Positions 39,070-50,494 of a DNA stretch of 63,967 nucleotides are shown here, piece after piece. A program made the position numbers and the translations under genes. The stretch covers positions 1 through 63,967 of the forward strand of contig JAYWIP010000231.1 of NCBI GenBank assembly GCA_039794465.1. The letters run 5' to 3'. Numbering within the stretch: position 1 is the first letter of the stretch; each line of letters begins with the position of its first letter. This DNA is from Nitrospira sp. (GTDB lineage Bacteria; Nitrospirota; Nitrospiria; Nitrospirales; Nitrospiraceae). A model generated the notes under the pieces. The model was not told the DNA's origin and did no database searches. It saw only the letters and a program-made list of their open reading frames with translations.

Positions 39070-39330
39070 GTGCGAAAGTCGCCCTGGATTCTGTTCATTT
39101 TTCTGCTCATCGGAGGGCTGCTCGGCGGGATTCTCGGAGAAATTCTCCATGTCATGGCGCCCCAAGGTACGATCCAGAACATCTTCTCGACCCACTTCTC
39201 ACTTGGTATCACCCAACCCCTCACACTCGACCTGATTCTGGTCAAACTCACGCTGGGCTTTACGATCAAGATCAACATCCTCAGCATCCTGGGCATGTTC
39301 GTCGGCATCTACCTCTACAAACACGTGTAG
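39070..39330 (+). CDS. DUF4321 family small membrane protein
   Basis: LIGGLLGGILGE...LTLDLILVKLTLGFTIKINILSILG; SD gaggag before GTG. Confidence 0.8.
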   Translation: MRKSPWILFIFLLIGGLLGGILGEILHVMAPQGTIQNIFSTHFSLGITQPLTLDLILVKLTLGFTIKINILSILGMFVGIYLYKHV

Positions 39331-39334
39331 CAAC

Positions 39335-41332
<1,998 letters not shown>

Positions 41333-41405
41333 AGGGCGCTCCGGCGATCATCTTACCAATTACCAAATGCCCGACCGGGCGCGATTCAAATGCCACGGGC
41401 GGAAT

Positions 41406-41439
41406 AAAAAAGGGGCTGCCGGAACGCCCGGCAACCCCC
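41406..41439 (-). terminator. Rho-independent terminator of the RRM gene
   Basis: GGGGTTGCCGG-loop-CCGGCAGCCCC followed by a T run on the minus strand. Confidence 0.8.
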
Positions 41440-41463
41440 TCATTCGAGCGGAGTGTGGTCGGA

Positions 41464-41763
41464 TCAGTTCCGACCGCCTCCAAATCCTCCACGGCCTCCG
41501 CCACCGGAACGGGGTTCCTGAGGGCGTGCTTCGTTGACCGTTAATGTGCGACCGCCGAACTGTGTCCCGTTCAGCGCCGATATCGCCGCCTGGGCCTCAG
41601 AATCGGACGACATTTCCACGAATCCGAAGCCCCGGGACTGCCCGGTGAACTTATCCGTGATGATCCGCGCCGACGCCACAGCCCCGTGCGCGGCGAACAA
41701 ATCGCTCAGTTGCTGCTCGGTTGTTGAATATGGCAATCCGCCGACATAAATCTTCGCACCCAT
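41464..41763 (-). CDS. RRM RNA-binding protein with Gly-rich tail
   Basis: RNP2 IYVGGL, RNP1 RGFGFVEM, VNEARP, GGGRGG tail; SD aggagg. Confidence 0.95.
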   Translation of the reverse strand: MGAKIYVGGLPYSTTEQQLSDLFAAHGAVASARIITDKFTGQSRGFGFVEMSSDSEAQAAISALNGTQFGGRTLTVNEARPQEPRSGGGGRGGFGGGRN

Positions 41764-41963
41764 CAGACTCCTCCTTTGACACAGTGGTGTTGTTTTGGAC
41801 GCGCGAAAGAAACGAGGAAGGAACGGGCCGAAGACATCATGGGCACAGTGGCGACCGAGCTCTGGCTTCTGAGAAGGTTCCCGAGCTGGACCAAAACAAC
41901 ATCCGTTCAGGCCTTGTCACTCTCCGCGCTTGCTTGCCAGGCCTCTCGCAACCAAGCAGCTGC

Positions 41964-41993
41964 ATGCTACCCCAGACAGACGAAAAAAGGCAA
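41964..41993 (-). promoter_or_regulatory. Probable promoter of the RRM gene
   Basis: Minus strand TTGCCT-18 bp-TAGCAT. Confidence 0.4.
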
Positions 41994-42046
41994 GTTTCAA
42001 AGCCCCCTTTTGTCTGAACCCACGGGACCCCTAACACCCGATGAAC

Positions 42047-42369
42047 CTACTTCGACTGCCCGGGCTTCTTGATTTGAAGAATGTCCTGCTGAAACCGATC
42101 CCGTTCGGCGAGAATCTGTTTCCGCCGCCGCCAGCGATCCCATGTCCACCACCGCAATTTATCAGGGAAAGTCACCATCCGTATCGGCGCGCTGCCGCCG
42201 GGCGCGTGCTGAAACGGGTATCCTTCGTGGCCGTCACGTTGCTCAAAGAATCGCTTGTAGAGATAGTCGTAGAGTCCGTTGCCTGCCCCACCGGCTGCCA
42301 TGGCTTGCCCTTTCCGTACTGCCTGCCCGCACGCTGTGCATAGTACCCTGTCCGGCTGAGATCGTGCAA
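42047..42369 (-). pseudogene. Possible frameshifted gene fragment of unknown family
   Basis: Two overlapping ORFs with protein-like segments (TGYYAQRAGRQYGKGKPWQPVG / GNGLYDYLYKRFFE...WWTWDRW). Confidence 0.3.
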
Positions 42370-42425
42370 TGGATTGCGCAGCCTATGCTATAGTCGCCCG
42401 TCCTCCTCGGAGCCTGCGGGAACAG

Positions 42426-43946
42426 ATGAAACGGATCACGATTGCTCTGGCCTCCGTCTGCACCATCCCCCTCCTCATAGGAACCGCGGCATCTGAATCG
42501 ACGCTCGATTCAACCATCTCAGCGGGTACTTGGATTGAACGCGGGTTGGAGCAGATCTCCACCGAGCGGATGATGGCGGATATCTCGGAACTCAGCAGCC
42601 CACGATTCGGAGGACGACAGACCGGCACCGATCACGATCGGGAGTCGGCGGCATTCGTGGCCGACCGGTTCAGCGCGCTTCGGCTGCACCGCTCAACCGC
42701 CTCTCCTCCGGAAAGCCGGACCAATCCCCTGCCTCAGCGGGAATGGAAACAAACCGTACCGGTTGTCGCCAGGACGATCCAACCCGATCCTTACATACAG
42801 ATCGAAGACCGCCAGCCGCTCCTTATCGGACCGGATTTCCTGCCCATTCTGGACTCGCCGTCGGCCGACATCCATGCCACGATCGTGTTCGTCGGATACG
42901 GCATCGCGGACCCGGCCCAGCACATCGACGACTATGCAGGTCTGGACGTCCGGAACAAGATCGTCCTGTTTCTGCGCGGCAAGCCGGAACCTTACAAAGG
43001 CGCCGTCACACATGCGGACAAGGTGCGGATCGCCAAGGAGAAAGGGGCGGTCGCGTATCTGACCGCCACTGGACCGGTGTTGAGCCCATACGAACTGCGC
43101 CGCGGAGTCACCGGCACGCCGACCGCCTTCTATGCCGAGACGGACCCGACGCATCAACTGCCGGGGGCCTGGATCAGCACAGCCGTCGCCGAGTCGATCA
43201 TCACCCACGCGACGGCCGGAAAAGGCCGGCTCAAGGATATCCAGGAAACGATCACGCGCGGCACTTCGTCCCGCTCCTTTCCCACCGAGGTGACGGCACG
43301 ACTGGCCTGGACCACCCTGTCCTCAACGGGCACGCTCTTTAACATCGCCTCGCTCATCCGAGGGTATTCGCCGCGCGCCCAGGACACCATCATCATCGGC
43401 GCCCATCGCGACCATTTCGGGCTTCAAGGCGGCCGTCTCTTCGCGGGAGCGGACGACAACGCCTCGGGCACCGCCGTCATGCTGGAAGTGGCGCGCGTCC
43501 TGGCATCGGCGCCCGTGGCACCGAAGCGATCCATTCTGTTCATCTCATTCAGCGGGGAAGAACAGGGGCTGCTAGGCTCGCGGCACTACGTCACCCAACC
43601 GATCGCGCCGCTGACCTCGACGGTAGGCATGATCAATATCGACCATGCAGGCGTCGGCAACGGGCGGCTCACAGTGGGCGTGACGGGATTCGAAAAAGGC
43701 GTGGCGTCAGAAGCAGGCCAGACGGCCGGGCTCAGCGACAAGCTTGACCTATTTGGTTTCTTCCCCGGCGGCGATCACGTGCCGTTCAAAGAAGCCGGCG
43801 TGCCGACCATCACCGTCGTCAGCGGCGGGGTCCATCCTCACTTTCACCAACCCACCGACACAGCCGATACAATCGATCCGGAGATTCTGAAGTCCGTCGC
43901 CCGGTATGTCCTGGCATTGGCCTGGCAATTGGCCAATGCGCCGTGA
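42426..43946 (+). CDS. M28 family aminopeptidase with PA domain
   Basis: Signal peptide, VFVGYGI..DDYAGLDV PA domain, GAHRDH, GADDNASG, GEEQGLLGS, GDHVPF, FHQPTD. Confidence 0.9.
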   Translation: MKRITIALASVCTIPLLIGTAASESTLDSTISAGTWIERGLEQISTERMMADISELSSPRFGGRQTGTDHDRESAAFVADRFSALRLHRSTASPPESRTNPLPQREWKQTVPVVARTIQPDPYIQIEDRQPLLIGPDFLPILDSPSADIHATIVFVGYGIADPAQHIDDYAGLDVRNKIVLFLRGKPEPYKGAVTHADKVRIAKEKGAVAYLTATGPVLSPYELRRGVTGTPTAFYAETDPTHQLPGAWISTAVAESIITHATAGKGRLKDIQETITRGTSSRSFPTEVTARLAWTTLSSTGTLFNIASLIRGYSPRAQDTIIIGAHRDHFGLQGGRLFAGADDNASGTAVMLEVARVLASAPVAPKRSILFISFSGEEQGLLGSRHYVTQPIAPLTSTVGMINIDHAGVGNGRLTVGVTGFEKGVASEAGQTAGLSDKLDLFGFFPGGDHVPFKEAGVPTITVVSGGVHPHFHQPTDTADTIDPEILKSVARYVLALAWQLANAP

Positions 43947-43950
43947 AGTC

Positions 43951-44078
43951 AGGGAACTGACACCCTTCCCCGCGCATCCGTGAGGTCTGTCCCCGTTCAA
44001 ACCGTGTTAAAACCTCCCCTGAAAGCCTCAGAATCCCCTGTCGATTTCACAGGGATTCTGGCCTATCCTGGAGGAGGT
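43951..44078. repeat. REP-like palindromes and long hairpin downstream of the M28 gene
   Basis: gggaactgacacc...ggtctgtcccc; cagaatccc(44029)...gggattctg(44060) stem. Confidence 0.5.
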
Positions 44079-44151
44079 CCAAAAAGGAATCATTTCGAAG
44101 CTCCCCATCTCGACTTCGCGCACACGGCTTTCGGACACAAGGAGTATCAAC

Positions 44152-44793
44152 ATGAAGATCGTACTTATTGGCGCAACCGGCTTTGTCGGATCAGCGATCT
44201 TACACGAGGCGTTACAGCGTGGGCATGAGGTGAGCGCTGTTACTCGGGATCGGGAAAAGCTCCCTTCACACGCCGCCGTCCATGCCTTTGAAGCCGATGT
44301 CTACGACCTCGATCAAATTGCCCGGCTCGTTCGAGGCCATGACGCAGTGATCAGCGCCTTTAATCCGGGATGGGGCAATCCGGACATCTATAATCTGCAG
44401 CTCAAAGGCACGCGAGCCATTATTGATGGTGTCAAGAAAGCCGGCGTAAAGCGGCTCCTGTTTGTTGGAGGCTCCGGGAGTTTGGAGGTGAAGCCCGGAG
44501 TGCAGGGGGTCGATCTTCCCGGCTTTCCCGCGCAGTATAAACAAGGCGCACTGGCCACCCGCGACGCGCTGAACATGCTGCGTCAAGAAACCAGCCTCGC
44601 CTGGACAGTCCTCTCTCCTTCGGCTGATCTGTTCCCTGGTGAGCGGACGGGACGGTTTCGGCTTGGAACAGATCAATTATTGAAAGATGCGGACGGGGAA
44701 AGCCGGATTTCATTGGAAGATTTTGCGATGGCCATGATTGACGAGGTTGAACACCCGCAACATGTGAGCCGTCGTTTTACGGTTGGCTATTAA
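44152..44793 (+). CDS. NAD(P)-dependent oxidoreductase (putative NADH-flavin reductase, YwnB-like)
   Basis: IGATGFVG, DAVISAF, VGGSGSL, WTVLSPS, GERTGRFRLG, SRISLEDFA, RRFTVGY. Confidence 0.9.
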   Translation: MKIVLIGATGFVGSAILHEALQRGHEVSAVTRDREKLPSHAAVHAFEADVYDLDQIARLVRGHDAVISAFNPGWGNPDIYNLQLKGTRAIIDGVKKAGVKRLLFVGGSGSLEVKPGVQGVDLPGFPAQYKQGALATRDALNMLRQETSLAWTVLSPSADLFPGERTGRFRLGTDQLLKDADGESRISLEDFAMAMIDEVEHPQHVSRRFTVGY

Positions 44794-44844
44794 GCACGCA
44801 ATGAAATGTCCAGTACTCTTGATGGACGTGGCACGATAGATCGC

Positions 44845-45177
44845 CTACTGTTTTGAAGCGTGCTCCGCCCCCCAATGATGCATCGCGTCGACCACAGGCT
44901 TGAGAGTCAAGCCAAGCGCGGTGATTCGATATTCCACCCTCGGCGGAACCTCAGGATACACCGTCCGTTTGAGAAGGCCGCTTTTCTCCATGTCGCGCAG
45001 CTGATGGGTGAGCACTTTCTGCGTAATCCCGGGAACCGCCCGTTGGAGGTCGGAGAAACGTTGCACCCCTTGAAAGAGGTACCACAACAGCACAATCTTC
45101 CATCGGCCGCCAATGAGGTCCGCTGTGAATTCAGCAGGACAGGCCAGGTGCTTGGTGTTGGGATTCCGTTCTACCAT
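44845..45177 (-). CDS. HxlR family winged-helix regulator
   Basis: ACPAE, IGGRWK, RFSDL, ITQKVLTHQLRDME, YPEVPPRVEY. Confidence 0.93.
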   Translation of the reverse strand: MVERNPNTKHLACPAEFTADLIGGRWKIVLLWYLFQGVQRFSDLQRAVPGITQKVLTHQLRDMEKSGLLKRTVYPEVPPRVEYRITALGLTLKPVVDAMHHWGAEHASKQ

Positions 45178-45311
45178 TAAGTTTCCAATCGGTGCCTAGG
45201 GTACCACGCGGTGCGTTCTTGTTTTCGCTGCCCTCAGCCTTATACAGAAAGCGGTGAGTAAAACAAAGGCCCGTTTCCACAGACGGAGCAGACGAGAAAG
45301 GAGAAGGCATC

Positions 45312-46049
45312 ATGACACTGCAGCAGAAGGACACTGTTGAGATCCGGCGTAAGGAGGAGCGGTTTCAGACATATGCAGGTTGGCTCGAGTCCCGACACAG
45401 CTTCAGCTTTGCGAATCATTATGACCCGACGAATACCCATCACGGGCTGTTGCTCGTCCACAATGATGACCTCGTAAAACCGACCACAGGATTTCGGACG
45501 CATCCTCACCGGGACATGGAGATCGTGACATGGGTATTGGACGGCGAACTGGAGCACAAAGATTCGGAAGGGAATCACGGGATCATTTATCCGGGGCTCG
45601 CTCAGCGCATGAGCGCGGGAACAGGCATCTGGCATTCGGAAATGAACCCCAAAAGCCATACGTCCGTCCATTTCATTCAGATGTGGGTGCCACCGGATAC
45701 GGAACACCTTACGCCCGGGTATCAACAGTTGGATATTAACGGCCAACTGAGCAAAGGCGGATTGGTCCCGATTGCATCCGGCCGCGGACATGAAGCCGCC
45801 ATCTCGATCAGACAGAAGGGCGCTATGCTCTGGGGCGGGAGACTGGGACCCGGCGAGACTGTGATCGTACCGGATGCGTTGTATGTCCATGTATTCGTAG
45901 CAAAGGGATCGGCTCGTCTTGAACAGGCCGGTGTACTGAATACTGGCGATGAAGCCCGGCTGACGCGCGCGGGCGCTCGGTCATTGACAGCGGAGAGCAC
46001 TGGTGCAGAAGTCTTGATCTGGGAAACCGATCGGACGGTGGAACTGTGA
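45312..46049 (+). CDS. Pirin family protein
   Basis: WLESRHSFSFA, HPHRDMEI, HKDSEGN, MSAGTGIWHSEMN, FIQMW. Confidence 0.95.
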   Translation: MTLQQKDTVEIRRKEERFQTYAGWLESRHSFSFANHYDPTNTHHGLLLVHNDDLVKPTTGFRTHPHRDMEIVTWVLDGELEHKDSEGNHGIIYPGLAQRMSAGTGIWHSEMNPKSHTSVHFIQMWVPPDTEHLTPGYQQLDINGQLSKGGLVPIASGRGHEAAISIRQKGAMLWGGRLGPGETVIVPDALYVHVFVAKGSARLEQAGVLNTGDEARLTRAGARSLTAESTGAEVLIWETDRTVEL

Positions 46050-46063
46050 GATTATGCTGCAAA

Positions 46064-46100
46064 CAGGCGGCCACTTGGAAGGGAACTGAGTGGTCGCCTG
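46064..46100. terminator. Hairpin between convergent genes (possible terminator)
   Basis: caggcggccact...agtggtcgcctg stem; lacks a clear U tract. Confidence 0.4.
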
Positions 46101-46192
46101 GGATTCTTGGATCGGACTTGATAGTCGCATGCTGAAAATTGGGGCTCAGTGTGTTATTGCGTCCTTGAACGCCTTCACACAGCGAATAGTCT

Positions 46193-46669
46193 TTACGGCA
46201 TCTCGTCGAGGAGCGAGCGCGGAGAAGACTCGATGAGCGGAGATTGCACCTCAGATAGCGGCGACGTTTGGCGCGGAGGTCCGGGTAAGACGAGCGGAGT
46301 GCCCGATTGATTCGCTCCCTGGATGAGCCCGATGGACAGTTGCGGACCTAACGTCCCCACCGCGCCGCTCCAGGCTTGGCCTGTCGTCGGATTACGAAAA
46401 CTGTACGATTCAAAGTTTTGGCCCGGCGTGTACATGAATCCCTGCGTGCCCTGATTGTCGTTGTAGAGACTTCCGCCCGGCATTCTGGCCAGCGGCGCAA
46501 CACCGCCGCCGAAGGCCCGCACGCCCGACACACTCTGAGCCCACGCGGACGAGCCGGCTCCGGCTGTCACCAGCAAGCAGATCCATAGTACGATCGGTAC
46601 CATCCGAGCTCTCCCAACCGCAGCGTATGTTTTCATCCCATCAAACATGGACGCGTTCCATCGATGCAT
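46193..46669 (-). CDS. Hypothetical exported protein
   Basis: Signal-like IVLWICLLVTAGAGSSAWA; true start probably at 46603-46636. Confidence 0.55.
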   Translation of the reverse strand: MHRWNASMFDGMKTYAAVGRARMVPIVLWICLLVTAGAGSSAWAQSVSGVRAFGGGVAPLARMPGGSLYNDNQGTQGFMYTPGQNFESYSFRNPTTGQAWSGAVGTLGPQLSIGLIQGANQSGTPLVLPGPPRQTSPLSEVQSPLIESSPRSLLDEMP

Positions 46670-46708
46670 TATATGATGCGTCTACTACAACTGTCCACGG
46701 AGGCGTTT

Positions 46709-48274
46709 ATGTCTGTCGCCACATTCGGTCAGGGATACTGCCGTATTGCACTCGTCTTAGCCGGTCTCGTGAGCCTCTCGGGGCCGACCGCCGGTTGGTG
46801 TGCGGGGATCGGAACCGATCCGTCCAACGAGCAGCGCGAATCTCTCTCGCTGGCGGATGCGGCGATTCGGGCACTGCAAAGCAATCTCGACATCAGCATC
46901 AGCCGCCACACGAAGGAAAGCCGGCTGGCCGACATCGTCATCGAACAATCCAAGTTCGACCCGACGTTCAGCCTCAACGGAACCTACAACCGAGCGGCGA
47001 GTCCGCTCAACCGGCCGGTGTTCGGCGGAACGGGCGGCGCCTTGAACAACATCACCATCTTTGACCAGCGATCCCATTCGGTCACCGTGGACCTGACGCA
47101 AAACCTGATCACCGGCGGAAATATCGACCTGAACTACAGCCCCTCCCGCACCAACGTGAACCAAGACGTGGCAACGGGATTTCTGTTCAATCCGGCATGG
47201 ACGGGCGGCCTGGCGTTGACCTTCACCCAGCCGCTGCTCCGGAACGCAGGCATCGACGTCAACAAGACGTTCATCAAGGTTGCCCAGAACAACGCCGAGG
47301 TGGAGCAGCACGTGTTTCGCGATCGCGTCATGACCGTGATCGCCTCGGTGGAGCAGGCCTATTGGGAATTGGTCTTCGCCAACGAGAATTTGAAAGTTGC
47401 GCAAGCCGCTCTCAAAGCGGCGGAAGAACTGCTGGCCACCAACCGGGCCAAGGCGAAGGCGGGTATCATGTCCATTGTGGATGTCCTCCAAGCCGAAGCC
47501 GCCGTCGCCTCGCGCATTGAACAGGTGCTGGTGACCGAGCGGGCGATCCGCGACCAGGGCGATCAGCTGCGGCGGCTCCTCAATCCCGGGGAAGAGAGTT
47601 TGCGCCAAGATGTGTGGATCATCCCCACCGACATCCCCCTGTCTTTCCTGGAACCGATCAGTCTTCAGGAAGCAATCGACACGGCCATCGACCAGCGGCC
47701 CGAAATCGCCCAAGCGAAGAAAAACGTGGAATCAGGTGAGATCAATAAACAGTTCGCCCGCAACCAGCTGCTCCCCACCCTCTCCTTCCAGGGCACGATG
47801 GGGATGTCCGGACTGGGGAAAGACTACGGCGACTCCTTTACCAGAAATTTCAGCGGTGATTTCTACAACTACGGAGCCGGCCTTGTGTTGAGTTATCCCC
47901 TCGGCAACCGTTCGGCCGTCAACACCTATACGAAGCGGGAATTGGAAGTCAAAAACGCCGAGGCCATGCTGGCCAAGATCCGCCAGCAGGTCATTGTGGG
48001 CATCCGTGAGGCTGTGCGCCGGGTCCAAACCGACTTCAAACGCATTGAGACGACCCGTTCAGCCCGCATCATGGCAGAAAAGCAGCTGCAAGCCGAACAA
48101 GAGCGGCTGCGGGTGGGACTCAGCACCACCCGTTTCGTGCTCGACTTTCAGCGTGACCTCGCGACGGCACAGGCGAACGAGTTGCGGGCCACCGTTGATT
48201 ATAATAAATCGCTCTCCAATTTCGCGCGGCACAAAGCAACGACACTTGAGCGATACAATCTTCAGCTGGACTAA
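46709..48274 (+). CDS. TolC family outer membrane efflux protein
   Basis: LSLADAAIRALQSN, FTQPLLRN, VEQAYWEL, AIDQRPE, LLPTL, GLSTTRFVL; SD ggagg. Confidence 0.9.
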   Translation: MSVATFGQGYCRIALVLAGLVSLSGPTAGWCAGIGTDPSNEQRESLSLADAAIRALQSNLDISISRHTKESRLADIVIEQSKFDPTFSLNGTYNRAASPLNRPVFGGTGGALNNITIFDQRSHSVTVDLTQNLITGGNIDLNYSPSRTNVNQDVATGFLFNPAWTGGLALTFTQPLLRNAGIDVNKTFIKVAQNNAEVEQHVFRDRVMTVIASVEQAYWELVFANENLKVAQAALKAAEELLATNRAKAKAGIMSIVDVLQAEAAVASRIEQVLVTERAIRDQGDQLRRLLNPGEESLRQDVWIIPTDIPLSFLEPISLQEAIDTAIDQRPEIAQAKKNVESGEINKQFARNQLLPTLSFQGTMGMSGLGKDYGDSFTRNFSGDFYNYGAGLVLSYPLGNRSAVNTYTKRELEVKNAEAMLAKIRQQVIVGIREAVRRVQTDFKRIETTRSARIMAEKQLQAEQERLRVGLSTTRFVLDFQRDLATAQANELRATVDYNKSLSNFARHKATTLERYNLQLD

Positions 48275-48282
48275 CTGCAGCA

Positions 48283-48990
48283 ATGGTCTCCGAGCCGGAT
48301 CGGCTCGCTCATACGCAGGCAGCGGAGTGGGGATCCGCGCTGGCATTGCTTCCCCTTGCCGCCACCGTCGGCTACTACTTCCTGCCTGTCTCGCTCCAAG
48401 CACGAACGCTGGTTCAATTCATTCCGCAGCTCCTCGCGTATCTGGCGCTAATGATGTGGGCATCCCGAAATCAGGCCGTCTGGTCCCGGCTCGGACTCGA
48501 CTGTGCAAACGTGCGCAACGGTCTTCGCTGGGGGCTGCTGACGGGCTTCGTGCTCGGCATCTTGAATACCTGTGTGATTCTCGCGGTCTATCCTTCACTG
48601 GGATACGATATCACCTTTTTGAAACAGACCCCCCATGGCCGGCTTCCCTCGTTGATTATGTTCCCGTGGGTGATCTTCACCATCGCCCTCTTTGTGGAAC
48701 TCAATTTTCGAGGCTTCCTCTTGGGCCGGCTTGCTGCGTTGGAGTCCCGTCTCTGGAAATCCGGCGCGGACGGCCGTCTTATGCCGCTGGCCCTGCTCAT
48801 CACGTCGCTGTTCTTTGCCTTCGATCCGTTCATGGTCAATACGTTCCGCCATCTGCACTGGATCGCCCTTTGGGATGGGCTGATCTGGGGAATCATCCGG
48901 CTGCGCACCGGCAATCTCTCCATCACCATTGTGGCGCACGCAGTCGAGGTGATGATGATGTACCTGGCAGTGCGGGCGGTGATCGGATGA
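48283..48990 (+). CDS. CPBP (CAAX/Abi) family intramembrane protein with degenerate motifs
   Basis: Multi-TM, VELNFRG, LRTGNLSITIVAH. Confidence 0.75.
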   Translation: MVSEPDRLAHTQAAEWGSALALLPLAATVGYYFLPVSLQARTLVQFIPQLLAYLALMMWASRNQAVWSRLGLDCANVRNGLRWGLLTGFVLGILNTCVILAVYPSLGYDITFLKQTPHGRLPSLIMFPWVIFTIALFVELNFRGFLLGRLAALESRLWKSGADGRLMPLALLITSLFFAFDPFMVNTFRHLHWIALWDGLIWGIIRLRTGNLSITIVAHAVEVMMMYLAVRAVIG

Positions 48991-49021
48991 CACTCGTCGA
49001 TCCCCTGTTCACAACGGCACG

Positions 49022-50038
49022 ATGAATCCCTCCTTTTCCAGCTACTTGGTCAACGATGTGTTCGGAGACCCCGGCGTCTACGTGGACATTCGCTGGTCCA
49101 AGCGGGCACTGCTCTTCGATCTCGGACACAACGACGGATTGGGCCCTACCAGGCTCTTGCGGGCCGGCGAAATTTTCATCTCTCACACCCATATGGACCA
49201 CTTCATCGGATTCGACTCCGTCCTGCGGGTCGCCCTGGGGCGAGGGAAGACGCTCCGACTGTTCGGTCCGCCCGGACTCATCGAGAACGTGCAGGGCAAG
49301 CTCCGCGGGTACACCTGGAATCTGGTGGACGGCTACCCACTCACCATCGACGTTCAGGAATTCCACGAGCGCGAAATTCAACGGACGACTTTTCTCGCGA
49401 GCACCGGTTTCCAACCGTCAGACCGGACCAGCACGCCAGCGCCGTGCCATGATGGTCCGCTGGTCACGGTGCTCGAAGATCCGATGTTCACCGTCAAGGC
49501 GGTTGCTTTGAACCATCGCATTCCCTCATTCGCCTATTCGTTGGAAGAGCTGTTTCATATCAACGTCAACACGCAGAAACTGCATGAGGCCGGGCTGCGG
49601 GTTGGCGCGTGGCTCAAAGATGTCAAACAACACATCTGGCTGGGACGGCCGGACGATTTCCGCTTCACGGTGGCGCTCTACGACGAACACCGGCGGGAAG
49701 ACCGTGAATTTGTGCTGGGAGAGGTGAAGGAACGGTTCTTGACCATCTCGCGCGGACAGAAGATCGCCTACGTGGTCGATGCGCGCTACGACGATGAGAA
49801 TGAAGCGAAGATTGTGGCACTCGCCCAAGGTGCGGATGTGTTCTATTGTGAATCGCCGTACCTGGATGTCGATGCCGAGAAAGCCCGCGACCGGTACCAT
49901 CTGACTGCGAGGCAGGCCGGACTCCTGGCGCGCAAAGCTCAGGTCCGCGATCTGATTGTATTTCATTTCTCTCCGCGCTATACGGGCCAGGGCGACTTAC
50001 TGGAACGGGAAGCGATAGATGCGTTTCAAGGATTCTGA
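49022..50038 (+). CDS. RNase Z-like metallo-beta-lactamase fold hydrolase
   Basis: LLFDLG, SHTHMDH, LNHRIPS, KIAYVVD, YHLTARQAG, FHFSPRY. Confidence 0.85.
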   Translation: MNPSFSSYLVNDVFGDPGVYVDIRWSKRALLFDLGHNDGLGPTRLLRAGEIFISHTHMDHFIGFDSVLRVALGRGKTLRLFGPPGLIENVQGKLRGYTWNLVDGYPLTIDVQEFHEREIQRTTFLASTGFQPSDRTSTPAPCHDGPLVTVLEDPMFTVKAVALNHRIPSFAYSLEELFHINVNTQKLHEAGLRVGAWLKDVKQHIWLGRPDDFRFTVALYDEHRREDREFVLGEVKERFLTISRGQKIAYVVDARYDDENEAKIVALAQGADVFYCESPYLDVDAEKARDRYHLTARQAGLLARKAQVRDLIVFHFSPRYTGQGDLLEREAIDAFQGF

Positions 50039-50050
50039 GGAGGGGGCATT

Positions 50051-50389
50051 GTGAGTGACGTGGTGAAGTATGCCGTGTACTTTTTGCTGGGCGGAACGAT
50101 CGTCAGCATCTCGACTTATCTTGGCTCGCAAGGCAAATCGTTTCTCGCCGCCTTCGCCAGCACCTTTCCCGCCATTACCGGCGCGACGTTCGTCCTGATC
50201 TACCTGAACGGGGGCCAGGACGCGGTCGTCAGTTACGCCAAGCATCTCTTGTGGTTCGTCCCGCCCTGGATCGTGTACGTGACCACGATGATCGTGGGCA
50301 TTCCCCGTTTCGGCTTCTGGCCCGCTATGGTCGGATCACTCGTGTTGTATATGGGCTGCATAGGCGCCTTGCGGCTCTGGTTGCGCTGA
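50051..50389 (+). CDS. DUF3147-like small membrane protein
   Basis: YFLLGGTIV, FLAAFASTFP, four hydrophobic segments; SD gaggaggggg. Confidence 0.6.
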   Translation: MSDVVKYAVYFLLGGTIVSISTYLGSQGKSFLAAFASTFPAITGATFVLIYLNGGQDAVVSYAKHLLWFVPPWIVYVTTMIVGIPRFGFWPAMVGSLVLYMGCIGALRLWLR

Positions 50390-50421
50390 GTCCACCAGCC
50401 AACGCCCTCCTCGAATCCTCA

Positions 50422-50450
50422 TTGAAGGGATCGGACGAGGCTGCTAGGAT
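50422..50450 (+). promoter_or_regulatory. Promoter of uvrA
   Basis: TTGAAG-17 bp-TAGGAT with extended -10 TG. Confidence 0.5.
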
Positions 50451-50494
50451 TGCCTCTTTCCCTTCTCTGGAGCCCCGCTGTGAAGCCAGCCCCT

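Noticed and set aside
47994-49025. 343-aa alternative-frame ORF
   Set aside because: Overlaps TolC and CPBP in another frame; Arg/Pro-rich with no motifs
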